In this document: positions 49,380 through 58,783 of the stretch, one piece after another
Layout of the letters: each line of letters starts with the position of its first letter
Position numbering within the stretch: position 1 is the first letter of the stretch
Assembly (NCBI GenBank): GCA_963719515.1
Contig: CAVRCJ010000003.1
Span: 96,001 to 160,000 of the forward strand
DNA from: an uncultured cyanobacterium
GTDB lineage: Bacteria; Cyanobacteriota; Cyanobacteriia; CAKZMO01
Length of the DNA stretch: 64,000 nt
Reading direction: 5' to 3'
Notes under the pieces: model-generated
The model's database searches: none
Seen by the model: the letters and a program-made list of their open reading frames with translations, nothing else
What the model was told of the DNA's origin: nothing
Program-made: the position numbers and the translations under genes

Positions 49380-49901
49380 TTACTGGGACGAGGTATATTC
49401 GCGGGTTTCAGAAGCATTTGGCGCAGCTGCCGACAGACGAACGACGTCCGTTCCGTTCTGCAGGTGATTCAACGCCTCAGCAAAATCTCGAATTCCCTGA
49501 AATTGTCGGTAGACAGACGCAAACCGCACGTAGGCAACCTCGTTAAGCTGACGCAGCTGCATCAGCACTAAGTCACCGAGTTCTTGACTCGTGACTTCGC
49601 GACCTGCACGCTGCTGAAGCTCCGCCTCAATTTCGTCTACAAGGTTCTCCTGCTGGACTAGCCTCAGCTCAGTCTTTTCTGCCGCCCGAGCAACACCTCG
49701 CAGAAGCTTGGAGCGATCAAAGGCCTCGCGATTTCCATCCCGCTTTATGACCGTGATGGGAACGAACTCGATACGCTCATAGGTCGTAAACCGGCGCTTG
49801 CAGTCCAAGCACTCTCGACGGCGACGCACGCTTTGTCCCGACTCCGCAGAACGAGACTCTAACACTCTGTTGTCAGGAAACTGACAAAATGGACATCGCA
49901 T
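49380..49901 (-). CDS. nrdR: Transcriptional repressor NrdR
   Basis: Motifs [24 protein letters not shown]-cone, and [10 protein letters not shown]. Confidence 0.97.
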   Translation of the reverse strand: MRCPFCQFPDNRVLESRSAESGQSVRRRRECLDCKRRFTTYERIEFVPITVIKRDGNREAFDRSKLLRGVARAAEKTELRLVQQENLVDEIEAELQQRAGREVTSQELGDLVLMQLRQLNEVAYVRFASVYRQFQGIRDFAEALNHLQNGTDVVRLSAAAPNASETREYTSSQ

Positions 49902-50283
49902 ACTTGTATAGCCCTTCGTAGCCTTAGGTTTCGTAAAACCGCGCTTAAATAAACTAGCAAAGCTAAATACTCTGCATGACCCTTAGGGTATCACAAACAT
50001 ACGCTACCCGTGCCGTTTCGTTGCTGGTGCGCACGCTATTTCACGATCTTGCACTCAACGGAACTCTTATCTTGACTGCTCTAAGCCCCGGCTTTTTTGT
50101 CCGGACTACCCTACTTCAGCTTCTCGCTTCAAAACGCGAAAATGCCTTGCCGACAATAAGTTAGCAAAGCATTTTCTTTAAACTTAGACCTCGGAAGCTT
50201 CTGAAACATCCGATGAAATCAGCTAATTTCAGGGCCGTTCAATTTTGGCCATCTAATCTTGGCCAGACTGACTTCAACAGCGC

Positions 50284-50382
50284 TTAATCCTTATTGATTC
50301 GAGGCGGCTCTCGAAACGCGATCGCAAAGAATAGAACACCGATGGCACCAGCTAGGACAAGAATGTATGCAACACTCTCCAT
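50284..50382 (-). CDS. psbT: Photosystem II protein PsbT (not in the ORF track)
   Basis: Manual translation MESVAYILVLAGAIGVLFFAIAFREPPRINKD; lies downstream of psbB. Confidence 0.95.
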   Translation of the reverse strand: MESVAYILVLAGAIGVLFFAIAFREPPRINKD

Positions 50383-50459
50383 GACTGCAGATCCTCTATC
50401 AATTCATATTCCCCATCAGCTTATCACCAATTCACGCCTCGAAAGCGGATTATAGACAA

Positions 50460-50497
50460 AGATAGCCTGGACGCTTTGGTAGACGTCCAGGCTATCT
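50460..50497. terminator. Stem-loop between psbB and psbT
   Basis: agatagcctggacg...cgtccaggctatct. Confidence 0.65.
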
Positions 50498-50572
50498 GAA
50501 AGACATAGCGATCGCTAGAGGTGTACAGACTGCAGGCTGATTTTTCTTCTCAACCCGGCAGCGCTTAACCCT

Positions 50573-52105
50573 CTAGATAGGCTCTTCACGGCGGGTAGTT
50601 TTGTCACCCAGTTTCTGGAAGAAGCCCCACTCCACCTGTTCGGGAGATAGATCGGGGTCAACCCCAGCAAACACATCTCGGAACAGAGTGCGAGCACCGT
50701 GCCAGATGTGGCCAAAGAAGAAGAGCAGCGCGAACACCGCGTGGCCGAAGGTAAACCAGCCGCGAGTGCTGGTGCGGAAGACACCGTCAGACCCAAGAGT
50801 CTCGGTATCGAACTCAAACGGCTCTCCGAGCTGAGCTTTACGGGCGTAGCGCTTCACCACAGCGGGTTCGGTGAACGTCTGTCCTCCGAGGGCACCGCCG
50901 CTGAAAGCAACCGTAACGCCGGTCTGCTCGAAGCTATACTTCGATTCAGCCCGACGGAAGGGGATGTCAGCTCGAATCTCGCCTTCTTTGTCAACCAAGA
51001 TAACCGGGAAGGTCTCAAAGAAGTTGGGAAGACGACGCACCGAGAGCACGCGCCCTTCGCTGTCCGTGAACTCAGGGTGGCCGAGCCAAGTCTGGGCAAT
51101 ACCATCGCCCTTAACCATAGGACCAACGCGGAATAGACCGCCTTTTGCGGGGCTATTGCCAACGTAGTCGAAGAAGGCTAGCTTCTCGGGAATCTGTTCC
51201 CAAGCCGCTTCCTCTGATAGACCTGACGCGATACCGCTTTGAACACGGCGGTCAACTTCCTGCTGGAAGTAGCCGCTATCCCACTGATAGCGAGTGGGGC
51301 CAAAGAGCTCGATAGGCGTGGCGGCACTGCCGTACCACATCGTTCCGGCAACCACGAAGGCCGCGAAGAATACAGCAGCAATGCTGCTGGAGAGCACGGT
51401 CTCAATGTTACCCATCCGCAGCGCCCGGTAGAGGCGTTCAGGCGGCCGCACCGTTAGGTGAAACAGCCCTGCAATGATGCCAACCGTACCCGCTGCGATA
51501 TGGTGAGCCACGATACCGCCGGGGTTGAACGGATCGAAGCCTTCAGGGCCCCAGGCCGGCGCTACCGGCTGTACGCTCCCCGTCAGGCCAAACGGATCAG
51601 ACACCCACATCCCCGGTCCCCAAAGACCGGTGAGGTGAAATGCCCCAAAACCGAAGCAAAGTAGTCCCGACAGAAATAGATGGATACCAAACATTTTGGG
51701 GAGATCCAGCGCTGGATCTCCGGTGCGTGGGTCTCTAAATAGCTCTAGATCCCAATAGACCCAGTGCCAGCAAGCGGCCAAAAACAGCAGGCCAGACAGC
51801 ACGATGTGAGCAGCGGCAACCCCTTCGAATGACCAGTAGCCAGGGTCAACTGCCGTACCGCCCGTGACGCTCCAGCCCCCCCATGACTCAGTCACGCCGA
51901 GGCGTGCCATAAAGGGCAGCACGAACATGCCCTGACGCCACATCGGATTGAGAACGGCATCACTCGGATCAAAAATAGCGAGCTCGTAGAGAGCCATCGA
52001 GCCGGCCCAGCCAGCTACCAGCGCTGTATGCATGAGGTGTACAGCAATCAGTCGGCCTGGGTCATTGATGACGACTGTGTGTACCCGATACCAGGGTAGT
52101 CCCAT
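50573..52105 (-). CDS. psbB: Photosystem II CP47
   Basis: [12 protein letters not shown]...[17 protein letters not shown]. Confidence 0.99.
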   Translation of the reverse strand: MGLPWYRVHTVVINDPGRLIAVHLMHTALVAGWAGSMALYELAIFDPSDAVLNPMWRQGMFVLPFMARLGVTESWGGWSVTGGTAVDPGYWSFEGVAAAHIVLSGLLFLAACWHWVYWDLELFRDPRTGDPALDLPKMFGIHLFLSGLLCFGFGAFHLTGLWGPGMWVSDPFGLTGSVQPVAPAWGPEGFDPFNPGGIVAHHIAAGTVGIIAGLFHLTVRPPERLYRALRMGNIETVLSSSIAAVFFAAFVVAGTMWYGSAATPIELFGPTRYQWDSGYFQQEVDRRVQSGIASGLSEEAAWEQIPEKLAFFDYVGNSPAKGGLFRVGPMVKGDGIAQTWLGHPEFTDSEGRVLSVRRLPNFFETFPVILVDKEGEIRADIPFRRAESKYSFEQTGVTVAFSGGALGGQTFTEPAVVKRYARKAQLGEPFEFDTETLGSDGVFRTSTRGWFTFGHAVFALLFFFGHIWHGARTLFRDVFAGVDPDLSPEQVEWGFFQKLGDKTTRREEPI

Positions 52106-52320
52106 CGACTACGCTCCTCCTATGCTTAAACGGTTTATAGTCTTGAACGGTTAAACCGTCCAAAGGTTCAACTTTAGACAGTTTGACAATTCAATTGTAA
52201 GAATGAAAGTGTATAAAGAAGTGTAACCATTGGCCGACCCTATTGCAAGGGGGTGGGACGGGGGCAGGGGCTCCTTCCAGTGGGAGATTATTTCGGTTAA
52301 GGCGTTCAGGAGCCAGTGCT

Positions 52321-52632
52321 GTGTCTAGTATTAAGTTTGTTGATGAAGAGGCCGAAATCATCGCCGCTAACGGCGCGAACCTCCGCCTCAAAGCGCTGGA
52401 GAATGACATCGATATCTACACCTTCACCGGCAAGTTGATGAACTGTGGGGGGTACGGCCAGTGCGGCACCTGCATCGTCGAGATCACCGAGGGAATGGGC
52501 AATCTCTCGCCACGCACTGAGGTCGAGAACCGTAAGCTTAAAAAGTATCCCGAAACCTATCGCCTGGCTTGTCAGACTCTTGTGAATGGATCGGTTTCGG
52601 TTCGCACCAAGCCTCAGAAAAAGTCGAAATAG
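52321..52632 (+). CDS. 2Fe-2S ferredoxin-like protein
   Basis: [11 protein letters not shown]...RLACQ; GTG start after an AGGAG RBS. Confidence 0.9.
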   Translation: MSSIKFVDEEAEIIAANGANLRLKALENDIDIYTFTGKLMNCGGYGQCGTCIVEITEGMGNLSPRTEVENRKLKKYPETYRLACQTLVNGSVSVRTKPQKKSK

Positions 52633-52747
52633 ACTCTTTTCGCAGGGGGGCATCCTAGCTCAGCTCTTGGTGCCCACGCCGGCAAAGACGGTACGACTCC
52701 CGCAAAGTGGTATGATGCTTGCTGGTAGTGTTGAAAGGCTAGGATCT

Positions 52748-52852
52748 ATGGAAGTCAACGACTTGGGCTTTATCGCAACTATTTTGTTTGTGTTCGTGCC
52801 GACGGTATTTCTGCTAATCCTATTTATTCAGACCAAAGAAGAATCTCGTTAG
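52748..52852 (+). CDS. psbM: Photosystem II protein PsbM
   Basis: [29 protein letters not shown]. Confidence 0.95.
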   Translation: MEVNDLGFIATILFVFVPTVFLLILFIQTKEESR

Positions 52853-52987
52853 ACCCAGGTTCTACAGGTGGATGCCTGCGGCACTCGGGCATGGAAAAAG
52901 GCTCTGGGTGTGGCGGCCGTACCTCAGCAGCTACAGGCTAGAGCAGTCCAGAGCGTGTCTCCTTCGGGACCGCAGGGGTACAGGCTA

Positions 52988-53422
52988 ATGGCTATTTACA
53001 AAAGGCAGCTACGGGCTTTGCCCGCAGTTCTGGCCTGCCTACTCTTGTTGGGAGGCTGCACCTCTATAGAAGCGGATAGGCGCGCTAATCCAAGCAGAGA
53101 GCAGCCAGTAGCGATCGCCGAATCGTCAGGTTCGCACATGAATGGGGCGGACTCCGATACGGCTAGGTTACCGGCTCAGCTGCGCGATCGTCTCCTCCAT
53201 GAGGCTGCGCAGGATCTGTCTGTCCCCAAGGGCCAAGTCCAAATCCAGGGTGCTTGGCGCAGGACATGGCCTAACGGCTGCCTCGGGCTACCGCAGCCCG
53301 ATGAATTCTGCAGCATGGCGCTCGTCGAGGGCTGGCTTGCTGAGGTTATTGGGGGAGAGGAAACTGCAGCCTACCGCATTGACGCCACCGGGCTGCAGGT
53401 TCGTCGCGATCGCCAGCCCTAA
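52988..53422 (+). CDS. Hypothetical lipoprotein
   Basis: Lipobox LLGGC; TWPNGCLGL...CSMALVEGW motif. Confidence 0.7.
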   Translation: MAIYKRQLRALPAVLACLLLLGGCTSIEADRRANPSREQPVAIAESSGSHMNGADSDTARLPAQLRDRLLHEAAQDLSVPKGQVQIQGAWRRTWPNGCLGLPQPDEFCSMALVEGWLAEVIGGEETAAYRIDATGLQVRRDRQP

Positions 53423-53466
53423 GCGATCGCTTAGGGCCCCACCTCTTTTCGGCTCTATTTCTAGGG

Positions 53467-54258
53467 CTACCCCCCCGGAACGCGTTCGATTTGGGCATAG
53501 CCGCTAAATAGCAGCTGCTTTCCGCGAGTTTCCAGCCGGTTGATGCGCATCAGAACGCCGTCAAGGTCAAACCGATCGAGGTCTACCATGCCGTTTAGGA
53601 TTTCGGCAAAGGCATCGGAAACAATTTTGGATAACCCTTGAACATCCTCAGGAATAGCGTCCGGAACAAATTCAGCATCTTGAAACAGCACGCGACGACG
53701 CTTCTCCACTGCCAGAGTTGCCCGCAGACTAACCGGCAGATCTTTGCGGTTAGGAAGATCGGTTTTTGCCAAAATCATCACCCTGTTGTTGGGCTCTAGC
53801 ATCACCGTGACTGCTCTGAAGGAAACAGGTTCACCTCCCGAGAGATTAGTCAGTGACTCGATGTCAACGTTTTGCATACGCTGCTCTACAAGCTCGGCCT
53901 CGAAGGCCTGGTTGATGGCCTCCTCCGTGAGGACGACTTGAGCAACAGCCTGGGTCGGCTGCCGCAGGCGCAGCTTACCTCCCAGCATCGCCCTAACGTC
54001 TAGCGCGACCGCATCTGTCTCAAATGACATTTCATCCACCTTAAAGTCGCGGCGAATGACTAGCCGTTGCCCGCTCATCTTAAAGCTGTCTACGCTTCCC
54101 TGAAGAAGCTTGCTCGACGGAGAGCAGCGAATGGCGACGTCGACAGACTCGCTAGACGTAAATAGATGTCGGATGGTCTGACTGGCGACCGTATTGAGCA
54201 TACGTTCACCGAAGTCTCCCCCTGACTGATTTCCTAGGCCCGTAAGACCTCCTAGCAT
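53467..54258 (-). CDS. DUF2993 (LmeA-like) protein
   Basis: Motifs KLLQGSVDS, ETDAVA and AQVVLTEEAINQAF. Confidence 0.85.
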   Translation of the reverse strand: MLGGLTGLGNQSGGDFGERMLNTVASQTIRHLFTSSESVDVAIRCSPSSKLLQGSVDSFKMSGQRLVIRRDFKVDEMSFETDAVALDVRAMLGGKLRLRQPTQAVAQVVLTEEAINQAFEAELVEQRMQNVDIESLTNLSGGEPVSFRAVTVMLEPNNRVMILAKTDLPNRKDLPVSLRATLAVEKRRRVLFQDAEFVPDAIPEDVQGLSKIVSDAFAEILNGMVDLDRFDLDGVLMRINRLETRGKQLLFSGYAQIERVPGG

Positions 54259-54464
54259 ATGGCGTCCGGTCCTTTTCTAGCTTGCCTTATTTGTAACAAA
54301 TGGTTAAGCAAAACGACAACAGTTATAGGATTTTAGTATACATACCATAACATTGGCTAATTTTTATTAACAACAAATTGACAATAAGGCTCTCGTTTGC
54401 TATGTAAATTGTTCAGCTTCACTCTACCACGCTCACGACACAACACTCTATCCCCTTTGTGCTT

Positions 54465-55064
54465 ATGTCAACTCAGCTATCGGCAGTCATTTTAGCGGGA
54501 GGGCAAAGCTTACGTATGGGCCGTGACAAAGCTCTATTAACGTTTGAAGGACAGCCGCTCATTCGCCACGTCTACGATACCGCAGCGGCCTGTAGCGATC
54601 GCGTGGTGGTGGTGACGCCCTGGCCCGATCGCTACCGTCTTAGCCTTCCTGCAGCCTGTCGCTATGCAGAAGAGCCCTTTTGCGATCGCCCCCAAGGCCC
54701 TTTAGTTGGATTTTGCTATGGGTTGGGCGCAGTCGATACCGAGTGGGTGCTGCTGTTGGCCTGCGATTTGCCCCATCTGTGCGCCAGTACCCTACAGGTT
54801 TGGGCAGATTTACTCGCTGCGCTTCCGGCGCAGACCGTGGCGCTCCTGCCCCGCTCAGACCGGTGGGAGCCGCTGTGCGGCTTTTACCGCAGCCGCAGCC
54901 GTCAGTCCCTTAGCCGCTTTATCGACGCGGGGGGACGGTCTTTCCAGCAGTGGCTGAGCCAGCAGCAGGTTTGTCCTATTGCGCTGCAGGAGGCGCAGGC
55001 AAAGCTGCTGTACAACTGCAACACACCGGAGGATTGGTCTGAGGTTTCTCAAGATGCCCTATAG
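54465..55064 (+). CDS. mobA: Molybdenum cofactor guanylyltransferase
   Basis: Motifs ILAGGQSLRMGRDKA, GPLVG, LACDLP, EPLCGFY and NCNTPED. Confidence 0.95.
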   Translation: MSTQLSAVILAGGQSLRMGRDKALLTFEGQPLIRHVYDTAAACSDRVVVVTPWPDRYRLSLPAACRYAEEPFCDRPQGPLVGFCYGLGAVDTEWVLLLACDLPHLCASTLQVWADLLAALPAQTVALLPRSDRWEPLCGFYRSRSRQSLSRFIDAGGRSFQQWLSQQQVCPIALQEAQAKLLYNCNTPEDWSEVSQDAL

Positions 55065-55079
55065 GACTCTGGTGACCCG

Positions 55080-56123
55080 CTAGGCTTTGGCGATCGCCTT
55101 TTGAAGCGTCGTCAGCGACTGGGCAGCTTGTCCCGTCTCTAAAAAGGCTCGGGCCTGTTCAATGCCCTCTTCTAGAGTCTCTGCGCGGCCATTCTGCCAC
55201 AGATGAAACCCGCCATTCCAGATGGTGGCGGTGGCCAGCTCGTTGGCCTTGCCGTCGAGCACCTCGACCATATCCCTCTTAAGCTGTTCGGTTTCGGGTA
55301 AGGCCACTTCTGAGCCCGCCATACCGTAGTCCTGAGGGTGCAAAATTAGCCGCTCGAAGGGCTGAGAGGGCCGCTGCACTCCAATAATGCAGGCCCGATT
55401 GCGGGGGAGTTCGCAGCTGCCCTCTAGCCCTTTGATGGCCAAGTAGTCCAGCAGGCTGTGCTGCGCGAAGGTCCGCCGAGCTCGCTCCTCGGTGGGGGGA
55501 TGGACAAACCCAAACGCAACCCGCGATCGCCCCCGATAGGGAAACCACAGCAGCTCTAGGGTAGCGGTGGGGGGGCGCTTGCCGATTTGCTCCCGGTAAG
55601 TTACCAGCCCTTCTGCCAAAGGAAAATGCCGAGGCACGTAGAGGAACCCAACGTCAGCGTGCTGGAGCACTGCGTACGTCTGGTCGAGCGGCAGCGCCGT
55701 CCAATCGACCCCCAGCAGTTGCCAAACTTCACTGAGGGGAATGCCGTACTTCGTGGGCATGCGTTTGCCGCCGTGCATCAGGGTAGGGCATCCCGACGCT
55801 GCCAGGATTAAGCTCACCAGAGGGGTGACAGGAGCCGTCCGCGATCGCCCATCGTAGGGTGAATTGAGAATCAGCGGGATCTTGTCGCTGAGGGGGGCCA
55901 GCACGGGCCCTAGGGCAAAGTAAGCATCGAGCATCCCGGCGAGTTCGTCGCTGGTGGGGCGTCGGATGCGGTGGGCGATCATGAAGGCTCCGATTTGCGC
56001 CGGGGTGGCCTGCTGTTGAAGCATGAGTTCCGTCGCCGTTTTGGCTTCTTCTCGCGTGAGCACTTTCCCGGTGTGGGTTCCGCTTCCCACTTTTTTTAGC
56101 AGCTCTCGGAATAGGTCACTCAT
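55080..56123 (-). CDS. cnaT: Anthranilate-phosphoribosyltransferase-like protein (YbiB/CnaT)
   Basis: Motifs QIGAFMIAHR, PYDGRSRT, REQIGKRP and KGLEGS; directly downstream of ntcB. Confidence 0.8.
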   Translation of the reverse strand: MSDLFRELLKKVGSGTHTGKVLTREEAKTATELMLQQQATPAQIGAFMIAHRIRRPTSDELAGMLDAYFALGPVLAPLSDKIPLILNSPYDGRSRTAPVTPLVSLILAASGCPTLMHGGKRMPTKYGIPLSEVWQLLGVDWTALPLDQTYAVLQHADVGFLYVPRHFPLAEGLVTYREQIGKRPPTATLELLWFPYRGRSRVAFGFVHPPTEERARRTFAQHSLLDYLAIKGLEGSCELPRNRACIIGVQRPSQPFERLILHPQDYGMAGSEVALPETEQLKRDMVEVLDGKANELATATIWNGGFHLWQNGRAETLEEGIEQARAFLETGQAAQSLTTLQKAIAKA

Positions 56124-56180
56124 CGTTGTGGTTTGGCTATACGGGTTGGGGCAGGGTCTGAGCGTCGTAGGGTCTGAGCG

Positions 56181-57104
56181 CTATATTGCGGCGCCGGCTT
56201 TCAGCACCGCTGCCTGGGAGAGGTGCTGAGCCACAAGCTGACGAAAATGCTGAATCGGTGGAATCTCGAGGCGATCGCGGGTGGTCACAAACACAACCTC
56301 TCGCTGGAGTTCGGGGGCAGCGGTAGGTCGCACGACTAAACCGCTGCTGGGATGAATATCCTGCATTGCGGACAAGGGGAGTAAGGCGACGGTCTTGCCC
56401 TGGCGCACTACGCCGCGAAAGGCATCCAGCGTATTCAGCTCTAGCGCCGGCCTAAACGATAGACCTTGGCGACGAAACTGCTCTTGTACCAGCCGCTGCA
56501 TGCCATAGCCGTCTTTAAAGACAACATGGGGATAGTTTGAGAGTGAACGCCAGTCAATTTGCGCTTGTTTAGCGAGGGGATGGGTTGCGGACAGCAGCAC
56601 GTTGATAGGCTCGACATAGAGAGAGTCGATGACAATTTCAGCGCTGGCGGTCAGCAGGGGATTGTTCATGACGATGGCGACATCCACAAGTCCGTCTCGC
56701 AGAACTTTGAGGGCGCGATCGCTGCCTAAAGACGTCACTCGGAGCTGCACGTCTGGATAATCTTGGCAAAAGGTCTGTAAAATCGAGGGCAGGTAAAAAG
56801 CGCAGACTGAGTGAATCCCTGCAACGCACAGCTCGGGCTGCTTGCCGGCCTTAAAATCGGCTAGCTCTTGAGTGGCTTGAGCCCACTCCTGGCAAATCCG
56901 CCGGGCCCGGGGCAAAAATTGCTCCCCCGCTGTCGTTAGCTTTACCTGAGCGCTCCGGTGGAACAGCGGTAGCCCCAGCTCCAATTCAAGGCTTTGAATT
57001 TGACGGCTCACAGTGGACTGCGTCACGCTACAGCGCAGGGCCGCTCGCTGAAAACTTCCGACCTCCGCAACCTCCAAAAATGCATTTAGCTGCTCAAGCC
57101 GCAT
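56181..57104 (-). CDS. ntcB: LysR-family nitrate-assimilation regulator NtcB
   Basis: MRLEQL...TQSTVSRQIQSLE; GKQPELC; LRVTSLGSDRALKVL. Confidence 0.9.
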   Translation of the reverse strand: MRLEQLNAFLEVAEVGSFQRAALRCSVTQSTVSRQIQSLELELGLPLFHRSAQVKLTTAGEQFLPRARRICQEWAQATQELADFKAGKQPELCVAGIHSVCAFYLPSILQTFCQDYPDVQLRVTSLGSDRALKVLRDGLVDVAIVMNNPLLTASAEIVIDSLYVEPINVLLSATHPLAKQAQIDWRSLSNYPHVVFKDGYGMQRLVQEQFRRQGLSFRPALELNTLDAFRGVVRQGKTVALLPLSAMQDIHPSSGLVVRPTAAPELQREVVFVTTRDRLEIPPIQHFRQLVAQHLSQAAVLKAGAAI

Positions 57105-57214
57105 AGTCTCTCTTTAAACCCCAGTGCTTTAGCTCAGTGCTGATTGCGGCAAGCCTCCAAAAACCTCAAGGGCCTTACGGAAAAGTATCAGTATAAAAAT
57201 GCTTTCAGCCTATT

Positions 57215-57256
57215 ACGCTAAGAGAAAGTGGGGTTGAGTATTGTAGTCGAGGCTAC
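57215..57256 (-). promoter_or_regulatory. Class II NtcA-activated promoter of ntcB
   Basis: Minus strand: GTA-N8-TAC (57256-57243), 22-nt spacer, then TAGCGT -10 box (57220-57215). Confidence 0.8.
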
Positions 57257-57301
57257 CGTTAGCAACATCAGCTGTAGCCAGCCCTCTCTACAGGCCCTGA
57301 T

Positions 57302-58654
57302 TCACGACCCCTGAGCCGACTGCTTCCAGTCCCGTAGCGCCAGGGACGCGTTGTCTTGAAGCTCCGGTGACGCCTGTGACGATGTGGCGATCGCCGCCAG
57401 CTGGCGGTAGGCCTCATCCGAACCCAGCTTGCGCAAGGCCGCCGTAACGTGAAGACGGACACCCACATCGGCCTCGCTCAGCATCGAAATCAGAGTAGAC
57501 ACGCTGTCCATTTGCCCGAGCTGCCCCAGGCTAGTGGCAATGACCTGCCGGGCGGCGCTGTTGTCCGGGCAGGTCCACGACAGCAGCAGCTTCAGCAAAC
57601 CGACGGCGGCGGGAATCAAGTCAGGAGCCTCAATGCGTCCTAGCCCGGTGGCGACATCGCCAATCCAAGGGGTCGCCGCGCCGCTGTCGTGGCTGTCGCG
57701 GCTGCTCTGCGCGTAGGCGGCGATGTACTCTATCCCCGACCTAGTTTCCGTGTGGACCAGGGCCTGAATGAGTTCCCGCCGCAGCGTTGGGGGCGTACTC
57801 TCAGAGCAAAGCGCCTCGTAGAGGAGGTCGGCAGCGCCCTTACACCTCAGCCGGCCCAGCGCCAAAATGGTGGCCCGACGGACGCTCAAGCTGATGTCCC
57901 ACAAGAGCGTACCCATTTGGGTAACTGTCGCGGCAGAGAGCGTACTGCGCCGCGACCCCAAACCGATGACGGCGGCTCGCCTCACTTCGGCTGAAACGTC
58001 ATTTAGCGCAGCGATTAAAAGGGGTTGCGCTTTGGCCTGCTGCAAATCGCCTAGGGTGGCAATCGCCAAGGCCCGGATAGTGGGGTCATTGTCGCGAGTG
58101 GCGCTGGCGATCGCCGCAGCGGCGTCGGGGTGGCGAATGCGGGCGAGCACCTGAACGGCGGCGGGTCGAGTCTGGGGCTGATCGAGCAGCTGCCTGACGG
58201 AAGCAATCGCAGGCGCGCCAATGTTTCCCAGCGCTGTCACAATAGCGGACTCAACGTCTTCCGAAGGCGATCGCTGCAGCAAGTTTACTAAGGCAGAAAT
58301 GCTCTCAGGGCGGCGAAATTCCCCCAAAATGCGCACCAGAAACCAGGGGAGGCTCCAGTCATCGTCAGTCACCTGGTCCAAGAGCGGTATCACGCCGTCA
58401 GACAAAATCGCATCGGGTTCACAGCGGGCAATGAGTTTGGCAATATCCCAGCGGGTGTGAAAGTCCCCCATCTCTAGCGTCTGCAGCGCCAAGCCTCGCC
58501 ATGCTGACGCCTCAGAAGGCGTTTGCTGGGAGGATTTTTGAAGCGACTCATGGAGATAGTGAGAGGTCAGCGTCCAGTTGGATTGTGTCGCTGCTTCCCG
58601 CGCGAGCGCCAGCAAATCCGATATCGAATTTTCAGAATTACCTGTGCGGCTCAT
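57302..58654 (-). CDS. nirB: HEAT-repeat protein (NirB-like)
   Basis: PBS-lyase-like HEAT repeats, GDFHTRWDIAK motif, located upstream of ntcB. Confidence 0.7.
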   Translation of the reverse strand: MSRTGNSENSISDLLALAREAATQSNWTLTSHYLHESLQKSSQQTPSEASAWRGLALQTLEMGDFHTRWDIAKLIARCEPDAILSDGVIPLLDQVTDDDWSLPWFLVRILGEFRRPESISALVNLLQRSPSEDVESAIVTALGNIGAPAIASVRQLLDQPQTRPAAVQVLARIRHPDAAAAIASATRDNDPTIRALAIATLGDLQQAKAQPLLIAALNDVSAEVRRAAVIGLGSRRSTLSAATVTQMGTLLWDISLSVRRATILALGRLRCKGAADLLYEALCSESTPPTLRRELIQALVHTETRSGIEYIAAYAQSSRDSHDSGAATPWIGDVATGLGRIEAPDLIPAAVGLLKLLLSWTCPDNSAARQVIATSLGQLGQMDSVSTLISMLSEADVGVRLHVTAALRKLGSDEAYRQLAAIATSSQASPELQDNASLALRDWKQSAQGS

Positions 58655-58703
58655 GGAATCAGCATTTTAAGGACATCACTAGTTAGGACTCATTGAATTC
58701 TTT

Positions 58704-58754
58704 CTGCTGCACCAGCCGCCCTGCTGCACTGATCACCCTGTTACACTGATCACC
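58704..58754. repeat. Three degenerate tandem 17-bp repeats
   Basis: ctgctgcaccagccgcc / ctgctgcactgatcacc / ctgttacactgatcacc. Confidence 0.7.
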
Positions 58755-58783
58755 TCGTGGCAGCAATCGCTCTGTCGCAGCCA

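Noticed and set aside
52195..52230. RpaB HLR1-like repeat upstream of psbB (similar one at 54290-54310)
   Set aside because: Only one half-site matches well; too degenerate to call without a PWM.
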